From Corallococcus sp. (lineage in GTDB: Bacteria > Bacillota > Clostridia > Christensenellales > CAG-314), in NCBI GenBank assembly GCA_023665205.1, contig JAMPEJ010000001.1, forward strand, positions 78,955 through 142,954: a stretch of DNA of 64,000 bases, read 5' to 3'. The notes under the pieces were generated by a model that saw only the letters and a program-made list of their open reading frames with translations, was not told the origin of the DNA and did no database searches. Each line of letters begins with the position of its first letter. The stretch's first letter is position 1. This document shows, piece after piece, positions 19,291 through 29,049 of the stretch. The position numbers and the translations under genes were made by a program.

Positions 19291-20751
19291 TTATAATAAC
19301 AAGCAAATCAGCCCGCCTCGATTTTCATTGACAATCTTTCTAACCGTACGAGTCAATTTTTCCTTCATTTCCGTAGGCATCGCAGTGCATTTACCTTCCA
19401 AGCCTTCTTTTGCCAAACCGGACATTGTCTTTCCGAACATATTCGTATTCCAAATAGCATCGGGATTTTGCTTATATTCTTCAAGCAAATACTGACTCTG
19501 TTGCTCGCTGCCCACCATCGGACTGACTTCCGTAGCCACGTCCACGCGGATAATATGATAGCTTGGCGCCGTGGCTTTCAACCTAACTCCGTAAATATTC
19601 CCCTGTTTTACCATTTCAGGCTCGTCGAGAGCCATCTTATCTACGTCGGGATAAACTATACCGTAACCTAATTTGTCGGCCTGTTCCAACGCGTCCTTCA
19701 TATTTTCAAAGCGTTTCTTAGCATACGCAGCACTCGTCACGTAACTCATTAGCGAAAACTCGTCGCTTATTTCCATATCCGCTTCTTCTGAAAGCACGTC
19801 GAAAAACAAATTTGCTTTAGGCAGCAAATTGTAATTAGCAACGCCATTACCCATATCCAAACTGCCAATAGCGCACTCTTGCAAAAGCTCGCAATCGTCA
19901 AGCCCCGCCAACAATTTTTCGCAATCTTTCATCTTGTCGATTGTGCCGCAGCCGCTTTTAATTTTATCAATAATTGTACCGATAACTTTGCTGTCTTTAC
20001 TCAAAGCGCGCATCCAATTCGGCAAATTTATTGCCAATCTGCGCACAGGAAACTCTCTCAAAATGTTTTGCAGAACTTCTTCCAACTGCTTAGCGGAAGC
20101 AGTTTTGACGTTCATCGGCAATACGCAAACTCCGTATTTTTCGGCAAGAGTTTGAGACAAACTTTGCGCGCTTTCTTGTTCGGGATTTTGACAATTCAAC
20201 ACGATAACAAAAGGTTTTCCGACCATTTTCAATTCTTTGACGGTTTTTTCTTCCGCCGCAACGTAATTTTTGCGAGGAAGATCTCCGACAGTTCCGTCCG
20301 TAGTAACGACAACGGCAACCGTAGAATGTTCGGCAGCGACCTTTTGCGTACCAATCTCGGCAGCACGCTCAAAAGGAATAGGTTCCGCAGACCAAGGCGT
20401 ATTTACCAAACGCATTTTTTCGCCGTCCATATGTCCTTCAGCGCCCTCGATCAAAAAACCCACACAGTCGATCAGGCGGACGTTGGCTGTAGTTTTGTTG
20501 TCGAAAACCAATTTCACGGCGTTATTCGGCACAAATTTCAGTTGCGTCGTCATAATAATTTTGCCGTCCGCCGATTGCGGCAACTCGTCGATAGCACGCG
20601 CTTTATCATTTTTGTCGGCTATTTCCGGCAATACCAACTTTTCCACAAAGTTAGTCACAAAGGTAGATTTTCCGCTTCTGACAGGACCCACCACGCCGAT
20701 GTAAATATCGCCGTTCGTTCTTTCGGAAATATCCCTATAAATGTTGTTCAT
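19291..20751 (-). CDS. spoIVA: Stage IV sporulation protein A (spore coat morphogenetic ATPase)
   Basis: MNNIYRDISERTNGDIYIGVVGPVRSGKSTFV (Walker A) and full-length similarity to SpoIVA. ATG at 20751 after GGAGGA. The track start at 20763 is a TTG lying inside the RBS. Confidence 0.92.
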   Translation of the reverse strand: MNNIYRDISERTNGDIYIGVVGPVRSGKSTFVTNFVEKLVLPEIADKNDKARAIDELPQSADGKIIMTTQLKFVPNNAVKLVFDNKTTANVRLIDCVGFLIEGAEGHMDGEKMRLVNTPWSAEPIPFERAAEIGTQKVAAEHSTVAVVVTTDGTVGDLPRKNYVAAEEKTVKELKMVGKPFVIVLNCQNPEQESAQSLSQTLAEKYGVCVLPMNVKTASAKQLEEVLQNILREFPVRRLAINLPNWMRALSKDSKVIGTIIDKIKSGCGTIDKMKDCEKLLAGLDDCELLQECAIGSLDMGNGVANYNLLPKANLFFDVLSEEADMEISDEFSLMSYVTSAAYAKKRFENMKDALEQADKLGYGIVYPDVDKMALDEPEMVKQGNIYGVRLKATAPSYHIIRVDVATEVSPMVGSEQQSQYLLEEYKQNPDAIWNTNMFGKTMSGLAKEGLEGKCTAMPTEMKEKLTRTVRKIVNENRGGLICLLL

Positions 20752-20777
20752 ACGTTCCTCCAATATGCGTTTGCTAG

Positions 20778-20806
20778 ATTGTATGAATAACGTTGCACAA
20801 ATAGAA
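20778..20806 (-). promoter_or_regulatory. Candidate SigE-type promoter for spoIVA
   Basis: Minus strand reads TTCTATT, 14 nt, CATACAAT, against my recalled SigE consensus kmATATT-N14-CATACAnT. It lies about 27 nt upstream of the ATG. Confidence 0.4.
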
Positions 20807-21253
20807 CAATAATGAAATTCAACAAACGAAAACGTTCAATCGATAACGCAGTCGCTAGCCCAAAAATCAGGTTGCATATATCGGGTTTTTCGATAAAACT
20901 ACAACAAAACTTTAGCATCACAAATATAATTGCGCAGACAAACAAAATAAATTCTGACATGATTTGCATTACTGATTTTCAAATTATATACAAATATGAC
21001 AATATTCAAAAATTAGTCAAAAACAAAAAAAAGCGCAACCGTGATTTAATATTATACAAAACGCTTTTATTGCACACATTTTTGCCTTTTCTTTATTTTT
21101 AGATATCCTATATTATATTTTTGATATGTATGCCACACATAGTATTATCTAATTAACTAATATTCTGCATAATCCATCGCATATTCGCAACTAAGGTCCA
21201 CAAATTTTTCTTAAACAGCTGTTTGCGCGCTTACAAGCAATTTGTATAAAATT

Positions 21254-21952
21254 TTATTTATCAAACAAAAACGGATTACCGGACAAAGGTTTTAAGATAC
21301 ACTTTCCACTAAGACTTATTTCGTCTTTGCCCGCAGGTATAGTTATTGTGTCGCGGCACCACTCTGCTGAAGTCATATCGAACAACGCAACTATTATCAC
21401 TCTGTTTTGAGGTATCTCAAATTGTACGGTTTTGCCATTGGCGACCTTTCCAAGATAACGGAACTTTTTAGAGTGAAACGTACCGTCATTCACATTCAAA
21501 ACAAGGTCGCATTCACTTTTAGACGAAACGTACAATTTAACCTTCAATGCGCAACCTGCAGCGGCTTTGCGGCGTTTAATTGTCAATATTCTGGTCGGGG
21601 CTTCTGTCTCGTTGATACTTTCGCTGACATCTACGACAGTATTCATCAGTTCCAATTCATGTTGAGAATAAAATAAATATTCCCTCCATAACATTTTGGT
21701 AAAACGCGAATGTTTCGGCCAAATGCGCACTAGTGTGATGGATGCCACAAAATGAGCGATTCCCAACGCCAATACCACAGCACACAACACAAATAATATC
21801 ACTCTGTCGATTTCGTCAACGTTATCGTAGAACAGCCCAATAAACAAAAACTCCAACGCAAACGCCAAAAATACACCATCGACAAAAATCAATACGCCGA
21901 GGAAACGCTTTGGATTTTTCACTCTTCCGTTAAACAAGTCTTTTCTTTTCAC
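21254..21952 (-). CDS. Hypothetical membrane protein (2-3 N-terminal TM segments plus a beta-rich C-terminal domain)
   Basis: 232 aa, GTG start after AGGAG. I recognise no motif in it. Confidence 0.6.
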   Translation of the reverse strand: MKRKDLFNGRVKNPKRFLGVLIFVDGVFLAFALEFLFIGLFYDNVDEIDRVILFVLCAVVLALGIAHFVASITLVRIWPKHSRFTKMLWREYLFYSQHELELMNTVVDVSESINETEAPTRILTIKRRKAAAGCALKVKLYVSSKSECDLVLNVNDGTFHSKKFRYLGKVANGKTVQFEIPQNRVIIVALFDMTSAEWCRDTITIPAGKDEISLSGKCILKPLSGNPFLFDK

Positions 21953-22073
21953 AAACTATCACTCCTGAAAGCATCGCTTACTCTCACAACAAATATGGAA
22001 TGTCCATCGTATAGGTAATTACAAGATCCGCGAATGGTGCTACCGCTCACAACTCGGCGTTTACACAAAAGAT

Positions 22074-23222
22074 CTACTTGCACAAAAGCTTATACAAAGT
22101 TTGCTCAAAACCGTACTTATGCATTAACCTTTCAATTTCCGCACGATTCTTTGAACATTTTCCCTTAGTTTTTTTCGCTCTAATCATCAAATTTTTAGGA
22201 GAGTGAGCCAAGTCCACAAATTCCATCACATCCACGCTGTAGCCTTCGTCTTCCAAAAGCATTGCTCGCACACTGTCAGTCAATAATGCCGCAACTCGTT
22301 CTTTAACAATGCCGTAACGCAAAAGCGAATCCAAGTCTCCGTCGCCTTTTTTGATACTCAAATTTATTTCATGCTGACAACACGGCACACTGAACACATA
22401 TTTTACGCCCTTTTTGACGGCATAAGCAAGCGCATAGTCGGTCGCAGTGTCGCAAGCATGCAACGATACCACCATGTCTATACGTTCGTTACACAACGCG
22501 TCTCGCTCAACGTCAGCAACTTCAAATCGCAAGTTTTCATATCCGTACTTTTTCGCCGTATCATTGCAATTATTTACTACTTCGGATTTAAGATCGTAGC
22601 CGATAATCTTGGCATTTATCTTTTTTATTTCAGTAAAGTAATGATAAATAAAAAACGTCAAGTAGGACTTTCCGCAACCGAAATCCAAAACAGAAATATC
22701 CTTCCCGCCAAAAGTTTTCAGCGCGTCATCTATTATTTCTACAAAACGATTGATTTGCCTAAATTTATCGTACTTGCTTTCAACCACTTTCAAATCTTTA
22801 GTAAAAATGCCCAAATCTACGAAAGCAGGAATATACTCTCCCTCTTTCAGCAAATAATTTTTAGTGCGGTTAGCGTTCGATACACCACGCTCCGTAGCTT
22901 TCACCATTTTGTTTTCCAAACGCTTGTAGCCCTTTGAAGAAAACAAATAAGTAATATTTCTGTCCGAGCAAAGCAAACAAATTTGCTTAAATTTTCCTTC
23001 CAAGTTTTCCGTATACCAACACGAAAAACGCTCGACGCTTACATTTTCGTGGAACGCTTGCGTTGACGTCAATTTCTCAATATGAAAAATATACGCCCCG
23101 TTTTTATCGTTTACAGGGCGTATAGTCACTTTGCGAAAGTCACTGCCCTTTTTATCAAAAGGATTACTGCAAACAACCTTCAACAAATTTCTCAAGGAAA
23201 CTATTTCCTCACAAAACGTCAC
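22074..23222 (-). CDS. Class I SAM-dependent methyltransferase, substrate unknown
   Basis: SAM-binding motif I (VLDFGCGKSYLT), a later LHACDTATD segment, and a ~170-aa N-terminal extension. The GTG start overlaps the plsY stop (GTGA). Confidence 0.8.
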   Translation of the reverse strand: MTFCEEIVSLRNLLKVVCSNPFDKKGSDFRKVTIRPVNDKNGAYIFHIEKLTSTQAFHENVSVERFSCWYTENLEGKFKQICLLCSDRNITYLFSSKGYKRLENKMVKATERGVSNANRTKNYLLKEGEYIPAFVDLGIFTKDLKVVESKYDKFRQINRFVEIIDDALKTFGGKDISVLDFGCGKSYLTFFIYHYFTEIKKINAKIIGYDLKSEVVNNCNDTAKKYGYENLRFEVADVERDALCNERIDMVVSLHACDTATDYALAYAVKKGVKYVFSVPCCQHEINLSIKKGDGDLDSLLRYGIVKERVAALLTDSVRAMLLEDEGYSVDVMEFVDLAHSPKNLMIRAKKTKGKCSKNRAEIERLMHKYGFEQTLYKLLCK

Positions 23223-24082
23223 TTCTTCTCTCCTTTTTCCGCAATCTCCGTTGCAACGCCGTCGACATTATACTGTTCACCGGCATCGCGCTCCAAAACT
23301 TCGCCGACGTTTTCTTCAAAAACCTCATCTTCCGTAACAACGTTTGAAACCGCTTCGCTCACAACAACGCTCTCAGACGCGTTTAGATCCTCTTCCGTTT
23401 TTTCTTGCTCAAGACGCGCCTCACGCTTATCCTTGCGCAAAATTTTTCTGCGCACTCCGGTACGCATTTCTTTTCCTGTCAAAATTCGGACAATATTATG
23501 CCTATGCGCAAACAACACTGCCGCAAACATACAAGAAACAAATATGCATGCCGAAAGACCTATATCGTCCAAAAGCATTGTCCAGTGCCATACCGTCAAA
23601 AAAATTGAAAAAAGTATGGACATTACGGACATTCTGTCAAAAGCAAAAATCATAGCAATTGCAGGCGGCACACAGCACAACGTTAATATTGGTTGCACTA
23701 CAAGACACACTCCGATGGCCGTCGCAACGCCTTTGCCTCCGCGCAGTTTGTGGAAGACCGGAAAGATATGTCCTAAAACTGCAAACAAACCCGACCAATA
23801 CATAAAATCGGTTTCTCTTTTAGTAAACCGAAAAATAAACATGCACGCCAAAGCCGGAACAACGCCCTTTACAACGTCGCATAAAAAAGTAAGCGCGCCC
23901 ATACGCAAGCCAAATACTCTAAACACGTTTGTAGTTCCGGCATTTCCGCTGCCGACGTTTCGTATATCTTTATGCTTTATCAGTTTAGAAAACAAAATCG
24001 CATAATTGACGCCGCCAAACGCATATGCAGCTATCGCAACCAAAATCAGTTGCCACCAATAATTTGCAAAAAGTTCTTTCAT
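23219..24082 (-). CDS. plsY: Glycerol-3-phosphate acyltransferase PlsY with an ~85-aa acidic C-terminal tail
   Basis: PlsY signature GSGNAGTTNVFRVFG within a ~200-aa multi-TM core. The tail is acidic: ...LEQEKTEEDLNASESVVVSEAVSNVVTEDEVFEENVGEVLERD.... Confidence 0.9.
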   Translation of the reverse strand: MKELFANYWWQLILVAIAAYAFGGVNYAILFSKLIKHKDIRNVGSGNAGTTNVFRVFGLRMGALTFLCDVVKGVVPALACMFIFRFTKRETDFMYWSGLFAVLGHIFPVFHKLRGGKGVATAIGVCLVVQPILTLCCVPPAIAMIFAFDRMSVMSILFSIFLTVWHWTMLLDDIGLSACIFVSCMFAAVLFAHRHNIVRILTGKEMRTGVRRKILRKDKREARLEQEKTEEDLNASESVVVSEAVSNVVTEDEVFEENVGEVLERDAGEQYNVDGVATEIAEKGEKK

Positions 24083-25410
24083 CAGTCGTCTTCCCTATCG
24101 CTACCGTCCCTAAAAACAAGTTTAATCGGCGTTCCGTCCAAACCAAATGCACGTCTGATGCAATTTTCTAAATATCTTCGGTAAGAAAAGTGCACCAACT
24201 TTGCGTCGTTTACAAAAATTACAAACGTTGGAGGCTGCGACGAAGGTTGCGTAGCATACTTTATTTTTGCTCGTCTTCCTGATGCCGACGGAGGCGAAAC
24301 TGCCTGTACGGCGTCCGCTATAACGTCGTTAAGCATACCGGTAGTTGCTCTGAACGTCGATTTTTCGTAAACGTAATTTACTTCGTTCATAAGTTTGGCT
24401 ACGCGCTGCCCAGTAAGAGCGGAAACGGTGATATATCTGAAGTAATCCATAAATGCAAGATCGCAGGAAAGTTTGTTTTTGAACTTCTCCACAGTATGAG
24501 TGTCTTTCTCTACAAGATCCCACTTGTTTACCACAACGACGGAAGGTTTCCCTTCCTCGTGAATAAATCCTGCAATTTTTACGTCCTGCTCGCTTAACCC
24601 CTCGTTTGCATCCATTACGATCAAACAAACGTCGGCACGACGCACAGCATTTAGCGAACGCATAACGCTGTATTGCTCTACGCTGTCGTCGGGCACAGCG
24701 CGTTTACGGCGCATACCGGCAGTGTCGATTATGACGTATTTTCTGCCGTCCCAAACAAAAGGCGTATCTATTGCGTCGCGCGTAGTACCTGCAATATCCG
24801 ATACGATCGTGCGGTCGTAGCCCAAAATCTTGTTAACCAATGAGGATTTTCCCGCATTGGGCTTGCCTACAACTGCAATTTTAACGACATCTGTGGCGTC
24901 TTCCTCCAAATCGATATCACCGAAATGTGACACAACTTCGTCCAAAAGATCGCCCACGCCCTGTTTTTGTTCCGCAGCAATAGGAAAAACGTCGCCCAAT
25001 CCCAAAGAATAAAAGTCCGTCCAGTCACTGTCAAGATAGTTATCAACTTTATTTACAACCAAGACTACAGGTTTGTTAGTCTTGCGCAAAAGCGTAGCCA
25101 CGTCATAGTCTTCCGAAGTTAATCCTGTCTTGTAGTCGCAAAAAAACAATATCACATCCGCAAGGTCAACGGCAATGCGCGCCTGTTCGGCAATATGCTT
25201 AAACATAGCGTCGTCGCTTTTCAACTGAATACCGCCGGTATCTACAAGAGTAAATTTCTTACCAAGCCACTCCGTGTCGGCATAGACTCTGTCACGCGTA
25301 ACGCCCGGCATATCTGACACGATAGAAATTCTGCCGCCGCAAACTTTATTAAAAAACGTCGATTTTCCAACATTAGGTCTGCCAACTATGGCAACAAGCG
25401 GTTTACTCAT
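24082..25410 (-). CDS. der: Ribosome biogenesis GTPase Der (EngA)
   Basis: Two tandem GTPase domains (GRPNVGKST and GKPNAGKSS G1 motifs) plus a KH-like C-terminus. ATG at 25410 (MSKPLVAIVG) overlaps the upstream stop. Confidence 0.95.
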   Translation of the reverse strand: MSKPLVAIVGRPNVGKSTFFNKVCGGRISIVSDMPGVTRDRVYADTEWLGKKFTLVDTGGIQLKSDDAMFKHIAEQARIAVDLADVILFFCDYKTGLTSEDYDVATLLRKTNKPVVLVVNKVDNYLDSDWTDFYSLGLGDVFPIAAEQKQGVGDLLDEVVSHFGDIDLEEDATDVVKIAVVGKPNAGKSSLVNKILGYDRTIVSDIAGTTRDAIDTPFVWDGRKYVIIDTAGMRRKRAVPDDSVEQYSVMRSLNAVRRADVCLIVMDANEGLSEQDVKIAGFIHEEGKPSVVVVNKWDLVEKDTHTVEKFKNKLSCDLAFMDYFRYITVSALTGQRVAKLMNEVNYVYEKSTFRATTGMLNDVIADAVQAVSPPSASGRRAKIKYATQPSSQPPTFVIFVNDAKLVHFSYRRYLENCIRRAFGLDGTPIKLVFRDGSDREDD

Positions 25411-26708
25411 CACTCACACTCCAAAACGGCCTCGCAAAATTCGTACCCATCCGCCGTTACTATTATTTTTTTGCCCGTAATTTTTTTCAATTCACCTAGC
25501 GTCATGCCGTCCAAAAATACGTCTTCAGTCTCGCGTAGCATAACGCGCGGCAAAAGCAACGTGTCCCCAATGTCTGTACGGTCAGCAAGAGCGGCAAGTA
25601 TGTCGCGCCCTACAATAAGCCCAGCAACAGTCACAGTTTCGCCGAAAAAATTATTTTTTACAGTGACGACGTTGAGGTTCAAATCGGAAAACTTTCCTTT
25701 TGCTTTATTGATAGTTTCTTTAATAAGAGGCGTTGCAGAAACACCTGTAACGACGGTAAAACTTCCCTTTTTTGCGGCGACGGCACTGCTGAATGCCAAA
25801 TTAAATTGATATCGAAAATCGGCAATCAATCCTACGCCGTTCTCCAACTGTTCAAAATCGCCGTAGTATTCAAATTCCGGAACGTCGCGTTTGGCATAAA
25901 GATACATTTCGTCGGAACAATACGCAAAATGCTTGCCACTTTTCACAAAACAATCCGCATCAAATTTTTCCACAAAATCAATTGTTTTCAACGCAACTTT
26001 TTCATTCATCGGCGCAAGATCGCACAGATTATTGCGGTGCTTTGTAAGTCCTACCGGAACTATCGCTACGTTTTGCACCGCAGGATATAAATTATACAAA
26101 TCTTTCAATGTCTTTTCCAATTGCTTGCCGTCGTTAAGGTTAGGACACATAACGATTTGCGTAAACATTGTAATACCGCTGTTTGCCAAACGCGTAAGCA
26201 GCGGCAAAATAGGTCTTGCTTTGGGGTTTCCCAACAGTTTTTTGCGTAAATCCTCGTCTGTGGCATGCACGGATACGTACAACGGAGAAAATTTTTTACT
26301 TTCTATACGTTCGATTTCTTTATCCGACACGTTAGTCAAAGTAACAAAGTTGCCCGAAACAAAAGAAAGGCGCCAATCATCGTCCTTGACATACAAAGTC
26401 TTACGCTGCCCTTCGGGTAATTGGTCGACAAAACAAAAAACACATTTATTTGCGCACCAACGCGGCTCTATATAGCATTCGTCGTAAAAGTTCCACCCCA
26501 TCGTCTGCATTGCGTCTTTTTCCACGTGAAAAACGATTTGCTTTTTCCCGCGTAAAACCGTTACGTCAAATTCAGCAAGAGAATCGTAATACGCTACGTC
26601 CAACATATCCGCAGCCGGCTCTCCGCAAAAGGCAACGATTTCGTCGTTTCTTCTTATTCCGACCTTTTGGGCAACGGTTTTTTTTTCGACATTGCTGATT
26701 TTAAGCAT
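25410..26708 (-). CDS. DUF512 domain protein (PDZ-like N-terminus plus radical-SAM-like CxxxCxFC motif)
   Basis: CANKCVFCFVDQLPEG motif and the conserved position upstream of der. I chose the ATG at 26708 (MLKISNVEKK) after GAGGA. Confidence 0.8.
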   Translation of the reverse strand: MLKISNVEKKTVAQKVGIRRNDEIVAFCGEPAADMLDVAYYDSLAEFDVTVLRGKKQIVFHVEKDAMQTMGWNFYDECYIEPRWCANKCVFCFVDQLPEGQRKTLYVKDDDWRLSFVSGNFVTLTNVSDKEIERIESKKFSPLYVSVHATDEDLRKKLLGNPKARPILPLLTRLANSGITMFTQIVMCPNLNDGKQLEKTLKDLYNLYPAVQNVAIVPVGLTKHRNNLCDLAPMNEKVALKTIDFVEKFDADCFVKSGKHFAYCSDEMYLYAKRDVPEFEYYGDFEQLENGVGLIADFRYQFNLAFSSAVAAKKGSFTVVTGVSATPLIKETINKAKGKFSDLNLNVVTVKNNFFGETVTVAGLIVGRDILAALADRTDIGDTLLLPRVMLRETEDVFLDGMTLGELKKITGKKIIVTADGYEFCEAVLECE

Positions 26709-26805
26709 TAATTCCTCACAAAAAAGGCAACCGAACAGGTTGCCGAATTTATGCAAACACTGCGCAGAAATATATTCACAAACAACTTCGCAGCAAAGTT
26801 GCAAG

Positions 26806-27654
26806 TTATTTTTTATAGTGTTGCGTCAAATCCACGTTCAATACGACGCTTTTGTTATCTAAGTATTTTAACGGACCTTGTGCAAAGTGAAACGTAATTT
26901 TAGTACAACACAACAATTGCGTTTTAACGCGGTATCTGCGATTAACTTTGTTCAATCCGTACTTGCCGTCACCCAAAATAGGTAATCTTACGTGAGCTAA
27001 ATGTGCGCGGATTTGATGCGTACGACCGGTTACAAGTTTGACTTCCAACAGCGACAACTCGCCAAGATTTTTAAGCAATTTGTAGTGCGTCTCTATAGGC
27101 AAATATCCTTGTTTTTGGTTATCCGATACGTAAACTAAACTTTTTTTTGCATCCTTAAACAAATATGCCTTCAACTTGGCGTTTGCAGGTTTAGGATTAC
27201 CAACTACGATACAGTTATAAAGTTTATCTATTTCTTTATCCTTAAAAGATGCCAAAAGTTCGGTTTCAGCGGTTTTATTCAACGCAAACACAACCAACCC
27301 CATGGTGTTTCTGTCCAAACGGTGTACAGGCACAGCGACGGCATCAGTCAAAATATTGTTGATACGCTCCGTCAACGAATCGGCCCCCTGAACTTCAATT
27401 CCGGAATTTTTGTTGACCACTAAAATATTATCGTCACGGTACACGACTTCTATCCCGTCCTTTTCGCGGTCTGCAAAATAAACGTAAATAGTATCACCGA
27501 CATTCACGTTCTGATCTACGCCGACGCGAATGCCGTTGATTTTTACGCTTTTTGTTTTAATCAATTTTTGAATTCTGTAATATCCCAAATCCGTGTTTTC
27601 CGCTATCGCATCGGAAAGCAACTGTCTGGTAGAAACTTGGATTTCTTTAAGCAT
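26806..27654 (-). CDS. RluA family pseudouridine synthase (S4-like N-terminus)
   Basis: Catalytic HRLDRNTMGL motif and GRTHQIRAHLA. Confidence 0.85.
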   Translation of the reverse strand: MLKEIQVSTRQLLSDAIAENTDLGYYRIQKLIKTKSVKINGIRVGVDQNVNVGDTIYVYFADREKDGIEVVYRDDNILVVNKNSGIEVQGADSLTERINNILTDAVAVPVHRLDRNTMGLVVFALNKTAETELLASFKDKEIDKLYNCIVVGNPKPANAKLKAYLFKDAKKSLVYVSDNQKQGYLPIETHYKLLKNLGELSLLEVKLVTGRTHQIRAHLAHVRLPILGDGKYGLNKVNRRYRVKTQLLCCTKITFHFAQGPLKYLDNKSVVLNVDLTQHYKK

Positions 27655-27660
27655 GGGCTT

Positions 27661-27689
27661 ATTATATCAAAATATATATAAAAAAGCAA
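27661..27689 (-). promoter_or_regulatory. SigA-type promoter placed for a leaderless transcript of the pseudouridine synthase gene
   Basis: Minus strand reads TTGCTT (27689..27684), 17 nt, TGaTATAAT (-10 = 27666..27661), then only AAGCCC before the ATG at 27654. No Shine-Dalgarno is present. Confidence 0.55.
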
Positions 27690-27865
27690 ATAAATATCAA
27701 ATAATAATTGCCGTAGAGAACAAATAGCGCAACACGCTTAGAGCATTAAAAAATGCCGTACTTTTTACAAAATTACGACATTTCGAGATATTATGCTACG
27801 CATAGTATTATATATAACTAAAGATTCCATTAGTAATCGTCGCAAATTTGTAACGTTCAAGCTTT

Positions 27866-28174
27866 TCAATCGATAAAATCGCTATCGCATTCTTCTGCGC
27901 CGTGTTTATCTTTGCATTTTTTACTTATAACGTTTGTGACGGAGTGAACGTTTAAGGATATTAAAATTACGTCGCTACCAATCTTAGTTATGTTACACCA
28001 AGGAACAAATATATCCTCGTTTGCGCGAAACAGTTTTCTTTCGCCGGGCAATACCAATCCCAAGACGTCCTTACCGTTACTGTCCACTATCAAGTCTATA
28101 ATTTTCCCCATTCTGGCACCGTTCGTCAAATTGACAACTTCTTTGCAGCGTAATTCGTTGTAACTGATTTCCAT
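27866..28174 (-). CDS. YlmC/YmxH family sporulation protein (PRC-barrel)
   Basis: MEISYNELRCKEVVNLTNGARMGKIIDLIVDS... is typical of YlmC/YmxH. ATG at 28174 after GGAGAA. Confidence 0.75.
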   Translation of the reverse strand: MEISYNELRCKEVVNLTNGARMGKIIDLIVDSNGKDVLGLVLPGERKLFRANEDIFVPWCNITKIGSDVILISLNVHSVTNVISKKCKDKHGAEECDSDFID

Positions 28175-28245
28175 ATGCTTCTCCACAATTACATTACGCA
28201 AAGGCCAATAGATAATTACTATTACGCACAAAATTGGTACAAGCG

Positions 28246-29019
28246 TTATGCGAAGTCGTCCCGAAGCCTATTCATGGCGTTTTTTTCCAAACGAGAAACC
28301 TGCGCTTGACTCAAACCGATTTCCGAAGATACTTCCATTTGCGTTTTTCCCTCAAAATACCTTTTAAGCAAAATATTGCGCTCCTTTTCATCCAAAGCGT
28401 TCAACGCATCAAATAACGTCACGTTGTCAGCCCATACCGTTTCCGAAGAAGTTTTGTCGGCCAGACTGTCCAACAATGACAATGAATCCTCCTCGTCGCT
28501 GTAAACCGCGTCGGAAAGAGAAATTGGATCGCTGATTGCGTCCAGACAATACATCACTCTAAAAACAGGTAAATCCAGTTCGTGTGCGACTTCTTCGACA
28601 GTAACTTCCGCAATACTCTCTTTTTCCAGCCTGTCGCGCGTCTGTAATGCCATATACGCCGTATCGCGTATACCTCTGCTTACACGCAGCGAATTGGATT
28701 CTCTCAAAAATCGGCGAATTTCTCCGTCTATCATCGGCACCGCATAAGTTGAAAAACAAACGCCGAAATCCGGATTAAAATTATCTACGGACTTAATAAG
28801 CCCCACGCATCCTATCTGAAACAAATCGTCCATACTGTCGCTTCGCGAAGAATATCTCTGAACTATGGACAACACTAAACGTAAATTGCAATTGATAAAA
28901 GCATTTCGCGCAGCAGAGTCGCCTTGCCGTATTTTTTTTAGCAAGTCCGTCGATTCCGCCGCCGTAAGTTTGGGTAAAGCCGAGGTATCAACCCCGCAGA
29001 TTTCCACTTTTTTTCGCAC
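28246..29019 (-). CDS. sigG: RNA polymerase sporulation sigma factor SigG
   Basis: N-terminus KVEICGVDTSALPKL, plus NLRLVLSIVQRY, FSTYAVPMIDGEIRRFLR and LSQAQVSRLEK, all matching my recollection of B. subtilis SigG. GTG start after GGAGG. Confidence 0.9.
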   Translation of the reverse strand: MRKKVEICGVDTSALPKLTAAESTDLLKKIRQGDSAARNAFINCNLRLVLSIVQRYSSRSDSMDDLFQIGCVGLIKSVDNFNPDFGVCFSTYAVPMIDGEIRRFLRESNSLRVSRGIRDTAYMALQTRDRLEKESIAEVTVEEVAHELDLPVFRVMYCLDAISDPISLSDAVYSDEEDSLSLLDSLADKTSSETVWADNVTLFDALNALDEKERNILLKRYFEGKTQMEVSSEIGLSQAQVSRLEKNAMNRLRDDFA

Positions 29020-29049
29020 AGAGAGCCTCCGAAATTGTCGTTTATTGTG

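Noticed and set aside
19879-20790. A 303-aa ORF on the plus strand. Similar long ORFs occur at 23082..24005 (307 aa), 41835..42542 (235 aa) and 7334..8014 (226 aa).
   Set aside because: Each lies entirely antisense to a confidently identified gene (spoIVA, plsY/methyltransferase, parE, cvpA). Their sequences are low-complexity and Arg/Ser/Phe-rich, and none has an RBS. They are typical shadow ORFs.
20748-20969. A 73-aa minus-strand ORF upstream of and overlapping the spoIVA start.
   Set aside because: It overlaps the spoIVA RBS, start and candidate SigE promoter, and has no independent translation signals.
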